From: Patescibacteria group bacterium
GTDB lineage: Bacteria; Patescibacteriota; Microgenomatia; UBA1400; PJMF01
Direction of reading: 5' to 3'
Length of the DNA: 64,000 bases
Assembly (NCBI GenBank): GCA_016861205.1
Contig: BOKX01000001.1
Location: forward strand, 766,528-830,527
The position numbers and the translations under genes were made by a program. Position 1 is the stretch's first letter. Every line of letters begins with the position of its first letter. Under the pieces are notes generated by a model. That model was not told the origin of the DNA and searched no databases. It worked only from the letters and a program-made list of their open reading frames with translations. Shown in pieces: positions 1 to 10,180 of this stretch.

Positions 1-745
1 GGTTAACTTTGCTAAGACTGACTTGGTCAAAACTGATGATGCCGGGTGCTCTGGACTCGATTTGGCCACAGCCTCATACACTCCACTCAAGGTATCAAAC
101 TCTTGTAGTAACTTAACCGCGGTTTTCTCACCAATACCGGGCACCCCAGGAATGTTATCGGAGGCATCACCCATCAAGGCTTTTAGGTCCACAATTTGAT
201 CTGGTCTCACACCCATTTTCAGCTCAACCGCTTTGGGATCGAACTCTTGATCGAGTTGTTGCTTGGATCGGGCTGGCAACCAGACGTGAATCACATCATC
301 ATTCACCAGTTGAAAGGCATCTCGATCTCCCGTCACAATCAAGCCGGTCACTTCTGGATAGCGATCGCGTTGTTCGGCGAGCTGCCGACACAAAGTGCCG
401 ATCACATCATCCGCCTCATACCCCGCCACTTCGAACAGCGGGATGTTCAGCGCGCGTACCACTTGTTTCACCAGCTCGATCTGCGGTTTGAGGTCATCGG
501 GCATCTCAGCCCGGTTAGCTTTGTAATCGGTGAAGGCAGTGTGACGAAAGGTCGGCTGCGGCAAGTCGAAGGCCACGGCAATGTAGCGCGGTTCAAAGTC
601 TCGGATTGCAGTCAGCACGATCCGTGAAAAGCCATACACTGCATTCACGAGTGTACCGTCTTTGGTACTAAGACCTGGAAAAGCATGATAAGCCCGATAA
701 ATTAAAGCGTGGCCATCAATCAAAAGCAGGAGGGGCTTGGACATA
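1..745 (-). CDS. 5'-3' exonuclease (DNA polymerase I N-terminal/FEN-type), 3'-truncated by window start
   Basis: Reverse-strand translation from ATG at 745 gives MSKPLLLLIDGHALIYRAYHAFP..., the classic 5'-3' exonuclease N-terminus. The frame stays open to position 2. Not in the ORF track because it is truncated. Confidence 0.75.
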
Positions 746-778
746 GGCTCTAGTGTATCACGCCAGACACAAAGTAGG

Positions 779-1231
779 TTAAGACTCGGATTTGGGATCG
801 GTTTTGGAAGGAACGGTGTCTTTTAACAAAAATCCCGTTTCTTTACGCAAACTCTTCAGATCATTTTCTAGTCTGTCTAAACGTTCAAAAAGTCTCGTCC
901 AGTAAAACTCTTCCTGAGAACGACTCATACTCGTGCTGATCATGGCAATGATAACCCCGAACATCACCGCCCCCAACACGACCATGATGATGCCAATCGC
1001 CCGCCCGGCCAACGTCACCGGCACCACGTCGCCATAACCAACAGTGGTGAGGGTTTGCACTGCCCACCACAAACCATCGTTGGTGTTTCTGATTGAAGAA
1101 CCTGGCTGACCTTGTTCAATAGGGACAATCAGCCAGCCCAAAATCAGAGCCAGCAAAATCGATCCTACCAAGGCTTGGCGGAAACGCCGCTGTTTTAACA
1201 AACGTTTATGAATGGCAGCTATTAGTTTCAT
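779..1231 (-). CDS. two-TM potassium channel (KcsA-like), selectivity filter TTVGYGD
   Basis: ORF 779..1297 contains TTVGYGDVVP between two hydrophobic helices. The internal Met start (MKLIAAIHKRLL, 1231) avoids a 58-nt overlap with ftsH. The alternative start is at 1297. Confidence 0.7.
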   Translation of the reverse strand: MKLIAAIHKRLLKQRRFRQALVGSILLALILGWLIVPIEQGQPGSSIRNTNDGLWWAVQTLTTVGYGDVVPVTLAGRAIGIIMVVLGAVMFGVIIAMISTSMSRSQEEFYWTRLFERLDRLENDLKSLRKETGFLLKDTVPSKTDPKSES

Positions 1232-1238
1232 AACCAAC

Positions 1239-3176
1239 TCAATCGAGCGTTGGTTTGGCTTTGGGAGTGCCCATGACTTTGGTGAAGTCGTCAGCATCCA
1301 ATGTCTCGACTTCTAACAGTTTAACAGACACAGCATCCAGTTGAGAACGGTGTTTCTTCAGCAACTCCATGGCACGCTTCTCACCTTGGCGAATGAAGGC
1401 AGCCACTTCGGCATCTACCTGCTCTTGTAAACGGTCAGAGATCTTGCTGGGTTCACCCCAAGCTCGGCCGTAGTTCATGGTTTCATACTGAGGGTTAAAG
1501 TTCATCGGACCCAGTTTGCTCATCCCGTAATCCATGACCATGGCTCGAGCAACTCGAGTAGCTCGATCAATATCTGAGCTGGCACCGCCGGTCAACTCGT
1601 TGAAAATCAACTTTTCAGCGGCTCGACCACCCAACAAAACAGCAATTTCATCTACCAACTCGGATTGAGTCGTTTGCACTTTGTCTTTTTCAGGTGGGGT
1701 CAACGTAAAACCTAAAGCCTGGCCGCGTGACACAATTGAGATGCGATGCACTGGATCAGCATATGGTGACATATGGGCCACCACTGCGTGACCTGCCTCG
1801 TGATACGCAGTCATTTTGCGTTCTTGCTCATCTTGCAAACGTTTCTTACTTGGACCCAACTTAACTTTGAGTGAAGCTTCTTCCAAATCTGACATGGTGA
1901 TGGCTTCACGATTATCGCGAGCGACTGCGATGGCCGCCTCATTGAGCATGTTTTCGAGATCTGCACCTGAGAAACCCACAGTCCGGCGTGCGACTCGTTC
2001 CCAGTCCACATCCTTGCCAAATGGTTTTGATCGAGCATGAATACTAAGAATAAACTTGCGCTCTTCGAGATCTGGCAGGTTGACAGTGACTCGTCGATCA
2101 AACCGACCAGGACGAACCAACGCCGGGTCAAGCATGTCACCACGATTAGTGGCCGCCATCACAATCACGTTATCATTTTGAGTAAAACCGTCCATCTCCA
2201 CCAAAATTTGGTTCAACGTTTGCTCACGCTCGTCATGACCACCAAAGCTGCCGTGGCCACGGACTCGACCAATTGCGTCAATTTCATCGATAAAAATAAT
2301 TGATGGGGCAACCTTTTTAGCAGTTGCGAACAGGTCTCGCACCCGAGAAGCACCCACCCCCACCAACATTTCCATAAACTCAGAACCGGCAATCGATAAG
2401 AACTGGACATTAGCTTCGCCAGCTACCGCTCGAGCCAACAGAGTCTTACCAGTACCTGAGGGGCCAACGAGCAACACACCCTTGGGAGTTCGGGCACCAA
2501 GCTTGGTGTACTTCTTGGGATGTTTCAAGAAATCGACAATTTCCTCGAGTTCTTTCTTGGCTTCGTTCATGCCGCCAACGTCCTTAAACTTGACGTCTTG
2601 CTTACCTTTGACAAACACTTTGGCTTTACTGCGGCCAATCCCCATGATGCCATCCTGTGAACCTCTGGCCTGACGGAAAATCAGGAAAAAGAACACCAGC
2701 ATCAGACCAATTGGCAAGACGTTAATCACGATTTGCCAAAAAATTTCCCCCGCTGATAAGTTTTCAACTTCAATTTCAACGGCAGTCACGTCGATGTTGG
2801 CATTCCGCAAAATGGTAGCCAACTCCTGACCCTCCTCTTTGCGAGCCACTCGCACACTGTCATCGCCGTACCGGACTCGCAGTTGTGAGCCAGCCACTTC
2901 AATCTTTTTGACCTTTTGGTCACGCACATCTTGAACCATTTGGCTCACAGTAATTTGGTTGGAGTTACCGCCAGTCACCAGTGAAATGAGAAATGGCAGG
3001 AACAACACCCCCAACAAAATGTACAGCAAGCCCTTGTTCATCAGGCGCTGCGGATTAAGTCGGACTTCAAACTGTCGAGGTGTTGGGGTCGGTTGACCAC
3101 CATTTTGACCAGCACCTGAAGGTGGTGTTGGAGTGTTTACTTGAGAATTAGAGGTGGTTACGGGTTTTTTAGGCAT
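1239..3176 (-). CDS. ftsH: ATP-dependent zinc metalloprotease FtsH
   Basis: 645 aa with Walker [15 protein letters not shown] region and the zinc motif HEAGHAVV. The N-terminal low-complexity tail is followed by a TM segment. Confidence 0.95.
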   Translation of the reverse strand: MPKKPVTTSNSQVNTPTPPSGAGQNGGQPTPTPRQFEVRLNPQRLMNKGLLYILLGVLFLPFLISLVTGGNSNQITVSQMVQDVRDQKVKKIEVAGSQLRVRYGDDSVRVARKEEGQELATILRNANIDVTAVEIEVENLSAGEIFWQIVINVLPIGLMLVFFFLIFRQARGSQDGIMGIGRSKAKVFVKGKQDVKFKDVGGMNEAKKELEEIVDFLKHPKKYTKLGARTPKGVLLVGPSGTGKTLLARAVAGEANVQFLSIAGSEFMEMLVGVGASRVRDLFATAKKVAPSIIFIDEIDAIGRVRGHGSFGGHDEREQTLNQILVEMDGFTQNDNVIVMAATNRGDMLDPALVRPGRFDRRVTVNLPDLEERKFILSIHARSKPFGKDVDWERVARRTVGFSGADLENMLNEAAIAVARDNREAITMSDLEEASLKVKLGPSKKRLQDEQERKMTAYHEAGHAVVAHMSPYADPVHRISIVSRGQALGFTLTPPEKDKVQTTQSELVDEIAVLLGGRAAEKLIFNELTGGASSDIDRATRVARAMVMDYGMSKLGPMNFNPQYETMNYGRAWGEPSKISDRLQEQVDAEVAAFIRQGEKRAMELLKKHRSQLDAVSVKLLEVETLDADDFTKVMGTPKAKPTLD

Positions 3177-3223
3177 AGAAACTGTCGGTTATTCTAGCAT
3201 GTAGTTTTGGACCTGATGGCAGA

Positions 3224-3565
3224 TTAATGAATAATCCAACCAGGTTCGCACTCAGCAGGTAATGGCGTTAGAAATGGGCGCTCGTCACTGTCAGCCATGA
3301 TCATCATGCCCTGACTGACACTCTCGCCCATCTTGCGCTCCGCTAAGTTGACTACAAATGCATACTTATTACCAATGATTTCGGCTGGTTGATACCATGC
3401 CTTGATCCCAGACAAAATAGTTTTGATCCCAATCTCCGGTCCAAAATCAACTTCGAGCTCTAACAGCTTCTCACTCCAGTCGGGTGCACTAGCGGCAACC
3501 ACCAGGCCAACTCGGAGGTCTAGTTTATCAAAATCTGGGTACACAATAGTTGGTTTCATAGGCAT
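3224..3565 (-). CDS. tRNA-binding domain protein (CsaA/Trbp111/MetRS C-terminal-like)
   Basis: 113 aa. The DLRVGLVV...MIMA pattern is typical of the OB-fold tRNA-binding domain. Confidence 0.65.
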   Translation of the reverse strand: MPMKPTIVYPDFDKLDLRVGLVVAASAPDWSEKLLELEVDFGPEIGIKTILSGIKAWYQPAEIIGNKYAFVVNLAERKMGESVSQGMMIMADSDERPFLTPLPAECEPGWIIH

Positions 3566-3682
3566 AGCGCGGTGACATATGACACCGCTGGAACGTGATT
3601 ATAGCGTAGTGCCTTGACCAAAACCATATCAAACGGGAGGTGACTGCATGGTCACATGACATCAGGCTTTGACGGCGCGAGA

Positions 3683-4549
3683 TTACAGTTCTTCGATTTG
3701 AACGCTCGGATTCATGTCTGGAGCTTCAATCAACTTGAGGTACTTCTCGGTAGTGGTAATGCGTTTGTGCCCAACCAGTTGTGAGACATACACCAGAGGT
3801 GTGCCTGCCTTGAGCTGCTCCACGATGAAGGTGTGACGCAAGTCGTTGACTTTGGCATCTTTGATACCAGCCAACCGGAAGTAACGATCAATAGCAGTCC
3901 GAATGTTACGAACTAAAAATGGCCGGCAGGTTTTGGTCAAAAAAACCGTTTTTTCTCTGGCTCGTGGTCGAATTTGCAGATACTCTTGAAGAGCATTTTT
4001 GGCTGCGGCGTTAATAGGCACTTTGCGTGCTCCGCGAGCGTTCTGTGGCTGGATGTACATGATGTTTCGATCTAAATCCAGATCTGCCAACTGCAAAGCC
4101 GCCAGCTCACTGATCCGCATACCGGTTTGCAACAACACCTCAACGATGGCCGACATCCGAGCATCACCGCGACAGGCATCGCGCAACGCTCGATACTCAA
4201 TCTTAGATAAGATCCGAGGCGGACTGGCGTCAAATTTAGGGTGGATAATGACTTCAGCCGGGTTTTCAAACACCACACCCTCAGCCACTAAATAGCGGAA
4301 AAACGCCTTGATTGAGTTAATTTTTCGAGAGATAGATTTACTGGTGTATCGCTGCTTTTTCAGTAGTTCTTTGAATTCATCAATGTCGGTCGAGCTCACT
4401 AACTGAGCTTCCAGTTTGCTCTGCTTGGTCAAAAACTCAACTAACTGCTCCACGTCTTTACCATAGGCCAAAACGGTGGCAGGTGACTTTCCAGCTTGGC
4501 GTAAACTATCCACAAAGTGCTGGTGTCCATCAAGTAAACTCATCGACAT
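3683..4549 (-). CDS. tyrosine site-specific recombinase, XerC/XerD family
   Basis: 288 aa. N-terminal SAM-like core-binding domain and C-terminal catalytic domain with R...HxxR...Y (LRHTFIVEQL...GHKRITTTEKY). Confidence 0.8.
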   Translation of the reverse strand: MSMSLLDGHQHFVDSLRQAGKSPATVLAYGKDVEQLVEFLTKQSKLEAQLVSSTDIDEFKELLKKQRYTSKSISRKINSIKAFFRYLVAEGVVFENPAEVIIHPKFDASPPRILSKIEYRALRDACRGDARMSAIVEVLLQTGMRISELAALQLADLDLDRNIMYIQPQNARGARKVPINAAAKNALQEYLQIRPRAREKTVFLTKTCRPFLVRNIRTAIDRYFRLAGIKDAKVNDLRHTFIVEQLKAGTPLVYVSQLVGHKRITTTEKYLKLIEAPDMNPSVQIEEL

Positions 4550-4671
4550 CGTGTGCTTTCAACAGGTATAGTACAGTGTGTTATCTGATTAGTACTAGAC
4601 CAAAACGACCGCCGCAATAGCTTTTGGCAGGTCGCAAAGTCTTATAATATCACAGACAGGGATTCTCTGCA

Positions 4672-5028
4672 ATGCTAAAACTGCTCCGTTCCCCTCTAGT
4701 GATGCTGCTCAGTCTCGTAGCAACTTGCATCCTTCTGTGGTCACTGTGGGGCACCGTCAAACGGTCGCGATCTTCAGCAGAACAGGTCGGCCTATTAGAA
4801 CAAGAACTTCACCAAATGGCAAGTGAGGTTTCACGCCTAGAACAAAAAGTCTCTGTCGCTAGCTCAGCGGCAGCCCAAGAAAAAATTATTCGCAATGAGC
4901 TGCTGATGCAAAAACCAGGCGAGTACGTAGTACAGTTGCCACCCCTGGAAACAACAACCCCCACTCCCACGCCCGCACCCAGTTTGTCACCATGGCAAGG
5001 GTGGCAGCAGGTCCTTGGTTTACGGTAG
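4672..5028 (+). CDS. septum formation initiator family protein (FtsB/DivIC-like)
   Basis: N-terminal TM, coiled coil, then IIRNELLMQKPGEYVVQLP resembling the FtsB/DivIC C-terminal motif. The tail is P/T-rich. Confidence 0.5.
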   Translation: MLKLLRSPLVMLLSLVATCILLWSLWGTVKRSRSSAEQVGLLEQELHQMASEVSRLEQKVSVASSAAAQEKIIRNELLMQKPGEYVVQLPPLETTTPTPTPAPSLSPWQGWQQVLGLR

Positions 5029-5658
5029 TAACGGTAACGGTGAGTTGTTAAACGGTCGACCATCCGCCGGCGCCGCTGCCTCAATGACTTGATCACCATT
5101 CAAACGAAAGTACTTGAGTTTAGCTACAGGACCAGATGAGGTGGATGTTTTGGTAGCTGGTGACGTGTCAACTTCGAAGTAGCGAACTTCGACAACTTGA
5201 TCCTGAATCATAACCGCATTAACTTGGACCTGACCATTGAACTTAGTGGCGGCAAGTTGCGTGGGCTGATCGGGGTTACTTAAAATGACTAAATATGACG
5301 TCACCTCTAGATCAGCACCTTGTTTGAAAACTAATGTCACCACTTCCGGCGTCGAGTCACCAGTTAGATCGCCGACGGTGGCTACATTGGTCTGGAGGGC
5401 AAACTTTTCTATGCCACTAGCTGGACTGGCTACTGGGCGCATCAGGTAGCCGCCTTTGAGCGGAACTGGCCCTCCATCGAGCGTATAACTGACATCTTTG
5501 AGCGCGGTCAAAACTGGGTCAGCAGCTGCCTCCAATGAAGCTGGACTCGGAGCAACAGTGGCTTTGCTCCGGTACCAGTAGGCTGCTCCAACCATCACGA
5601 AACCTATCACCAACAGACCAACTTTGGACATCCAGACGGGCAATCGCAATATTTTCAC
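5020..5658 (-). CDS. hypothetical membrane-anchored protein
   Basis: 212 aa ORF with an N-terminal TM helix. No recognisable motifs. Confidence 0.5.
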   Translation of the reverse strand: MKILRLPVWMSKVGLLVIGFVMVGAAYWYRSKATVAPSPASLEAAADPVLTALKDVSYTLDGGPVPLKGGYLMRPVASPASGIEKFALQTNVATVGDLTGDSTPEVVTLVFKQGADLEVTSYLVILSNPDQPTQLAATKFNGQVQVNAVMIQDQVVEVRYFEVDTSPATKTSTSSGPVAKLKYFRLNGDQVIEAAAPADGRPFNNSPLPLLP

Positions 5659-5722
5659 TGCCTCTATTCAAAAGAAAAATTGGTTACCTGGCAATCGGCA
5701 ATTTCAGAAGCAAACACCTTGA

Positions 5723-6409
5723 TTACTGTGGCAAAGCCGACCATGGGCCTGGTTCGGCCGGCGGAAAAATGGGTAATGTCTTAGCCGACCAACCTGAAGT
5801 AATGGTGGGGTTTAGCGTAAAAAAGCGATACTCCAACTCAGAGTCAAACACCGCCACAATGTACCGGCTTGGCCTGATGATCAACGTGTAACGCAGCGGG
5901 TTTTCACTGACTATGTACGCAACTTTGGCGTTGGCTACCATCTGTCGGTAGCTGCGATTCATCCGGTCAGTTCCCTGACCCAACTCCTCTAGTGTTCGAG
6001 GTAGTGGTCGGCCATCGATCAGGGTTTGTTTTAAGTCATTATGCAAGTTTGCAGCAGCCGACACGGCTGGCCACAGTTGCCCACCGGCTGAACAACTGAA
6101 CACTCCAACTATGATGATGACTCCAATCCAAACAGGTATAGCTAAGGCAGTCAGACTGGTAATGATCCCACCGATAGCTAGTTTGTCGATCAATCGGACT
6201 TTTTGCTTCAAGATATCCCAGTACAGGGCCAACAACACTAAACCGCTGACCAAGCTCAGTAGCACAGCCAAGTGGATACCATATCGGGAACCTTCTTGGC
6301 ATCGGTCAAAAAACCACTGATCAGAAAACCATCGGTCGTACATATCTAGTTGTCTGCTTAAGTCATTGTAACTGAAGAAAACATCGTGTGGTGATGTGTT
6401 ACCCACCAA
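5723..6409 (-). CDS. hypothetical membrane protein
   Basis: 228 aa ORF with two central TM helices. The start is uncertain and overlaps the SET gene end. Confidence 0.45.
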   Translation of the reverse strand: MVGNTSPHDVFFSYNDLSRQLDMYDRWFSDQWFFDRCQEGSRYGIHLAVLLSLVSGLVLLALYWDILKQKVRLIDKLAIGGIITSLTALAIPVWIGVIIIVGVFSCSAGGQLWPAVSAAANLHNDLKQTLIDGRPLPRTLEELGQGTDRMNRSYRQMVANAKVAYIVSENPLRYTLIIRPSRYIVAVFDSELEYRFFTLNPTITSGWSAKTLPIFPPAEPGPWSALPQ

Positions 6410-7145
6410 ACAACCGCCGCCGAATCGCAGGCGGCAACATGGCTTTTAAGCCAAGACGAGCCGGTTCATTCAGCACCATTTTGCCGGGCAGATGGTGGAG
6501 TCCTAAGCTCAACAAGTAAGGTGACAAGTCTGGAGCTAGTAATGCTCGCTCAGTGTCAGACAAGTGTAAGTATCCCCACACCCATCGCACAAACGTACCT
6601 TCATCATCCAATTCAGCAAACTCACCACCCTGAGCTTTCAGGTCAGCTTCCGTAGTGTCGTAGTTGAAATACAACACCTCACCCCTCTTGATCGGGCGCT
6701 TGGCTGTCAGCACAATCCGATAGGTGCCGGGAACTTCACCAGGCAGATAGCGAAAGAAACAATTGGGGGTTGAGCTGTGCAGCAGGTAGTTATCAAAGTC
6801 TGTTGAAACCAAAAATGCATTCTCGCCGACTTGCAGCGCATGAACCAAGTGCTTCGGCGATAATAACTCACCAGCTACCACTTGGCCTTGCATCCCAAAA
6901 ATAACCTCGCCCGCCACGAAACCTCGAGTGGCCACTAGCCCATGACCACCGTGCATTTCTTTGATCTTGATACCCAAGTGATGTGGTTCCTGGACATGAT
7001 CTGCCCAGTCCTTGGTGTCAGCATAAAGTTGCAACAATCGACCGACATCAGCTTCGCTGACCAGTGTGGAGTCACCAAACACCTGAGTCGGAATCTCTGA
7101 GTAAGGGGTTATCTCCGTAGCTGGATGCTCTTTGTAACCTGACAT
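6399..7145 (-). CDS. SET domain-containing protein (putative protein-lysine methyltransferase)
   Basis: GHGLVATRGFVAGEVIF (N-SET), LHSSTPNCFF (the NHSCxPN-like pseudoknot motif), GEVLYFNYD (the ELxFDY-like motif). Confidence 0.65.
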   Translation of the reverse strand: MSGYKEHPATEITPYSEIPTQVFGDSTLVSEADVGRLLQLYADTKDWADHVQEPHHLGIKIKEMHGGHGLVATRGFVAGEVIFGMQGQVVAGELLSPKHLVHALQVGENAFLVSTDFDNYLLHSSTPNCFFRYLPGEVPGTYRIVLTAKRPIKRGEVLYFNYDTTEADLKAQGGEFAELDDEGTFVRWVWGYLHLSDTERALLAPDLSPYLLSLGLHHLPGKMVLNEPARLGLKAMLPPAIRRRLFGG

Positions 7146-7161
7146 GTGCTAGGGTCTACGT

Positions 7162-8487
7162 TTAATACCGATAGTGGTCGCTCTTAAATGGACCGGCTTC
7201 GGCAACATTTAAATACTCGGCCTGTGACTCAGTTAGCTTGGTCAGCTTGACTCCGATGTGCTCGAGGTGCAAAGCCGCCACTTTCTCATCTAAGTGCTTT
7301 GGCAAACGGTAGACGTCAACTTTATGTGGTTTGGTGAACAACTCAATTTGAGCCAAAACTTGGTTACTGAAGGAGTTTGACATCACAAATGAGGGATGGC
7401 CCATGGCGCAACCTAAGTTCACTAATCGACCTTCAGCCAACAAAATCAGACTGTGACTGGACTGACCCTTTTTGGCTGGAAAAGTGTACTGATCAACCTG
7501 GGGCTTAATGGTATTTTTGACAATTCCCGGGTACTCGTTGAGTTCTTTGACTTGGATCTCGACGTCGAAGTGACCAATGTTACAGACAATCGCGCCATCT
7601 TTCATGGCGGCCATGTGCTCGATGCGAACCACGTCCTTACAACCAGTGGCAGTCACAAAAATATCGACTTCGTGGATGACATCTTCGATGGTCTTAACTT
7701 CATAGCCTTCCATGGCTGCTTGCAGCGCACAAATTGGATCAACTTCGGTGACAATGACTCGGGCGCCACTGTTGCGCAACGACTGAGCACTGCCCTTGCC
7801 GACATCACCATAGCCTGCCACTAAAGCAACTTTGCCAGACAACATGACGTCAGTGGCTCGGCGGATAGCGTCAACCAGCGACTCTCGGCAACCATACAAG
7901 TTGTCAAACTTAGACTTGGTCACTGAGTCGTTGACGTTGATGGCGGGAATCTTCAACTTGCCATCGCTCATCAGTTTGTAGAGATGATGCACGCCAGTTG
8001 TGGTCTCTTCGGAGACACCTTTAATGTTGGGTAACATTTCTGGGTGTTTGTCGTGAACCCAAGCTGTTAAGTCACCGCCGTCGTCCAGGATCATGTTCGG
8101 ACCGACCAGCTTACCGGCTTTGTCCTTGAACATGAGTGTCTGTTCAGTGCACCACCAGTACTCGTCTTCAGTTTCACCTTTCCAAGCAAACACAGGTGTG
8201 CCTTCGGCAGCGATGGCCGCGGCGGCGTGGTCTTGCGTGGAGAAAATATTGCATGAAGCCCAGCGGACTTCGGCGCCGAGTTCTTGCAGCGTTTCAATCA
8301 GCACTGCGGTCTGAATGGTCATGTGCAAAGAACCGGCGATTCGGGCACCTTTAAGGGGTTTTTGTTTAGCGTACTCGCGGCGAATGCTCATCAGACCAGG
8401 CATCTCTTTTTCAGCCAGTTCGATCTCTTTGCGGCCCCACTCAGCGAGGGAAATGTCTTTAATTTTGTAGTCGGCGACTTTGGCCAT
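7162..8487 (-). CDS. ahcY: adenosylhomocysteinase (S-adenosyl-L-homocysteine hydrolase)
   Basis: 441 aa. Canonical N-terminus [28 protein letters not shown] and an NAD-binding GYGDVGKG. Confidence 0.95.
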   Translation of the reverse strand: MAKVADYKIKDISLAEWGRKEIELAEKEMPGLMSIRREYAKQKPLKGARIAGSLHMTIQTAVLIETLQELGAEVRWASCNIFSTQDHAAAAIAAEGTPVFAWKGETEDEYWWCTEQTLMFKDKAGKLVGPNMILDDGGDLTAWVHDKHPEMLPNIKGVSEETTTGVHHLYKLMSDGKLKIPAINVNDSVTKSKFDNLYGCRESLVDAIRRATDVMLSGKVALVAGYGDVGKGSAQSLRNSGARVIVTEVDPICALQAAMEGYEVKTIEDVIHEVDIFVTATGCKDVVRIEHMAAMKDGAIVCNIGHFDVEIQVKELNEYPGIVKNTIKPQVDQYTFPAKKGQSSHSLILLAEGRLVNLGCAMGHPSFVMSNSFSNQVLAQIELFTKPHKVDVYRLPKHLDEKVAALHLEHIGVKLTKLTESQAEYLNVAEAGPFKSDHYRY

Positions 8488-8489
8488 AA

Positions 8490-8545
8490 TGTCATTTTTA
8501 ATTTTTGTTTCTCACTGTCCAGAGAAAAGTCCAGTTCAAAACAAA
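8490..8545 (-). promoter_or_regulatory. conserved leader element (copy 1) in the ahcY 5' UTR; a -10-like TATAAC lies upstream at about 8563-8568 (minus strand)
   Basis: Minus-strand sequence GTTTTGAACTGGACTTTTCTCTGGACAGTGAGAAACAAAAATTAAAA is ~90% identical to the element upstream of groEL at 19601-19650. Confidence 0.5.
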
Positions 8546-8597
8546 AATTAAAATTCCTTAATTGTTATAATGTGTGACTTTAAAAACCAAGGCTATT

Positions 8598-9551
8598 TTA
8601 CCAGAGGTCTGACTGAAAAGTAGCGGTGAATCGATCCGCCACTGCGTCGCGAGTGAACGTGTGATTCTGCGTGCCCATTTTTTCGACCGCATAGGCGGCC
8701 GTGGTCGCACCGAGTTGAGCGGCTTTGATAGGTGACCAGTCTCGCAGGTATCCGTACAAGAAACCCGCACGAAATGCGTCACCAGCCCCAGTTGGGTCGA
8801 CCACTTTAGCGACAGGTACCACTGGAATAGCAGTGGGTTGTGTTTGACCAGCTAGATATACTTCGCTGCCGTTCTCACCCAGGGTGATGATACAAACTTT
8901 CAAACGACCGATAATGTCAGTCTTTGATAGTCCGGTCCGCTGAACAAGCACTCCCATCTCGTAGTCATTCACAATCAGCACCTCAGCAGCGGCGAGACCT
9001 GCTTTCAAATCCTCTACTGAGACATTACTGACTTGTTGACCGATGTCATATACCATGCGCATGCCCAGTTTTTGAGCTTCAGCTACTTGGCGTGCCATCT
9101 GCGCTGGATCGTGCGGTGAAATTACCACCAACGGATGCTGATCTTTAAAGTGAGTCAGACAGAGTTGCTCACCATCACTCATAGCACCCGGGTAAAAACC
9201 ACCGACCTGACAGTCGGCTTGGTCAGTCATCACAGTAAAGGTAGCTGTGGCCAATTTTGAGTAGTACACATGTTGAGTCTGCACACCCAGTTCAGCTAAC
9301 GCCGCCATATAGGCGCGAGCGTTGTCACCAACTGCCCCATACAAAATTGGCTTTTCACCGAGCAAAGCCAAGGTGTACGCGATGTTGGCTGACACACCAC
9401 CGCGGGACTCTTGCAAATCGCTGAGCAGCACACTGACTGACAACACATGTAGCTTGTCAGGCTGAATGATCTCGGCAAACTTGCCAGGATAAACCATGAT
9501 GCGATCAAAAGCGATGGAACCAGCGAGGATGAGTGATGAAGTATCCGACAT
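8598..9551 (-). CDS. PfkB-family carbohydrate/nucleoside kinase, probable adenosine kinase
   Basis: 317 aa with the PfkB signature DPTGAGDAFRAGFLYG. It lies next to ahcY, consistent with adenosine salvage. Confidence 0.75.
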   Translation of the reverse strand: MSDTSSLILAGSIAFDRIMVYPGKFAEIIQPDKLHVLSVSVLLSDLQESRGGVSANIAYTLALLGEKPILYGAVGDNARAYMAALAELGVQTQHVYYSKLATATFTVMTDQADCQVGGFYPGAMSDGEQLCLTHFKDQHPLVVISPHDPAQMARQVAEAQKLGMRMVYDIGQQVSNVSVEDLKAGLAAAEVLIVNDYEMGVLVQRTGLSKTDIIGRLKVCIITLGENGSEVYLAGQTQPTAIPVVPVAKVVDPTGAGDAFRAGFLYGYLRDWSPIKAAQLGATTAAYAVEKMGTQNHTFTRDAVADRFTATFQSDLW

Positions 9552-9570
9552 GGTTTTGCATTGTAACAGG

Positions 9571-10179
9571 TTAGCGAATCGTTGGGGTAAGATGCTCTGT
9601 GTAGTGACACTCTACCCAGGAAAAACCCTTGTCGTCTCTAATGATGGTAGTCACCGAACATTCCTGAATAGCAATGTCAGCTCCTGACACAATGTGGGTC
9701 GGCACTCGACTGACAACATCATCAAAATCAAAAATGAGCTTCAAAAAATCCGCAATTGCTCCCCCATGAGTAATCAAAGCCACGTGGCCTGCTGATTGGG
9801 GTACGAGTTCATCGATGACTTGTTTGATACGCTGACTGGTCTCTAGCGACGAGTCACCAAAAAGTGGTTGATAGGTTGGGTCTTGGCTGGCTTTGTGCCA
9901 ATCATCGATAAACTCTGCATGCGACTGTTGGAGATAGTTCTCATAATCCATCCGCTCTTTCAGCCGATGATCGAGTTCCACCGGCAGTCCTAAAGCCTTG
10001 GCAATATGACCAGCAGTTTGCTGTGTCCGAGTCATCGGACTGGCAATGATTCTTTCAATCGGTTTTGACTTCAAAAACTGCCCGGTCAATTGAGCCTGTT
10101 GATGGCCAACTTCGGTAAGGTGCGGGTCAGGTCTGGTGGCCATTTTTTGGCCGTGACGGACTAAGTGAACGGTCACCAT
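9571..10179 (-). CDS. histidine phosphatase family protein (phosphoglycerate mutase-like)
   Basis: LVRHGQ catalytic RHG motif and a downstream ITHGG. Confidence 0.8.
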   Translation of the reverse strand: MVTVHLVRHGQKMATRPDPHLTEVGHQQAQLTGQFLKSKPIERIIASPMTRTQQTAGHIAKALGLPVELDHRLKERMDYENYLQQSHAEFIDDWHKASQDPTYQPLFGDSSLETSQRIKQVIDELVPQSAGHVALITHGGAIADFLKLIFDFDDVVSRVPTHIVSGADIAIQECSVTTIIRDDKGFSWVECHYTEHLTPTIR

Positions 10180-10180
10180 A

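Noticed and set aside
196-627. 143-aa plus-strand ORF in the first 700 nt
   Set aside because: Lies antisense within the 5'-3' exonuclease gene, which has a strong conserved N-terminus on the minus strand. No motifs. Judged a shadow ORF.
1811-2673. Several 60-110 aa ORFs on both strands inside ftsH
   Set aside because: Fully nested in a well-supported 645-aa FtsH reading frame. Shadow ORFs.
3566-3682. Short palindromes (GCGGTG...CACCGC; GTGAC-TGCATG-GTCAC) between the tRNA-binding protein gene and the recombinase gene
   Set aside because: Arms of only 5-6 bp, with no T-tract or partner motif. Indistinguishable from chance.
3683-4549. Tyrosine recombinase as a marker of an integrated mobile element
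   Set aside because: It has an XerC/XerD-like two-domain architecture, is embedded among housekeeping genes (ftsH, ftsB-like), and there are no flanking tRNA, att-like repeats or phage or transposon genes. It is most likely the chromosomal Xer recombinase.
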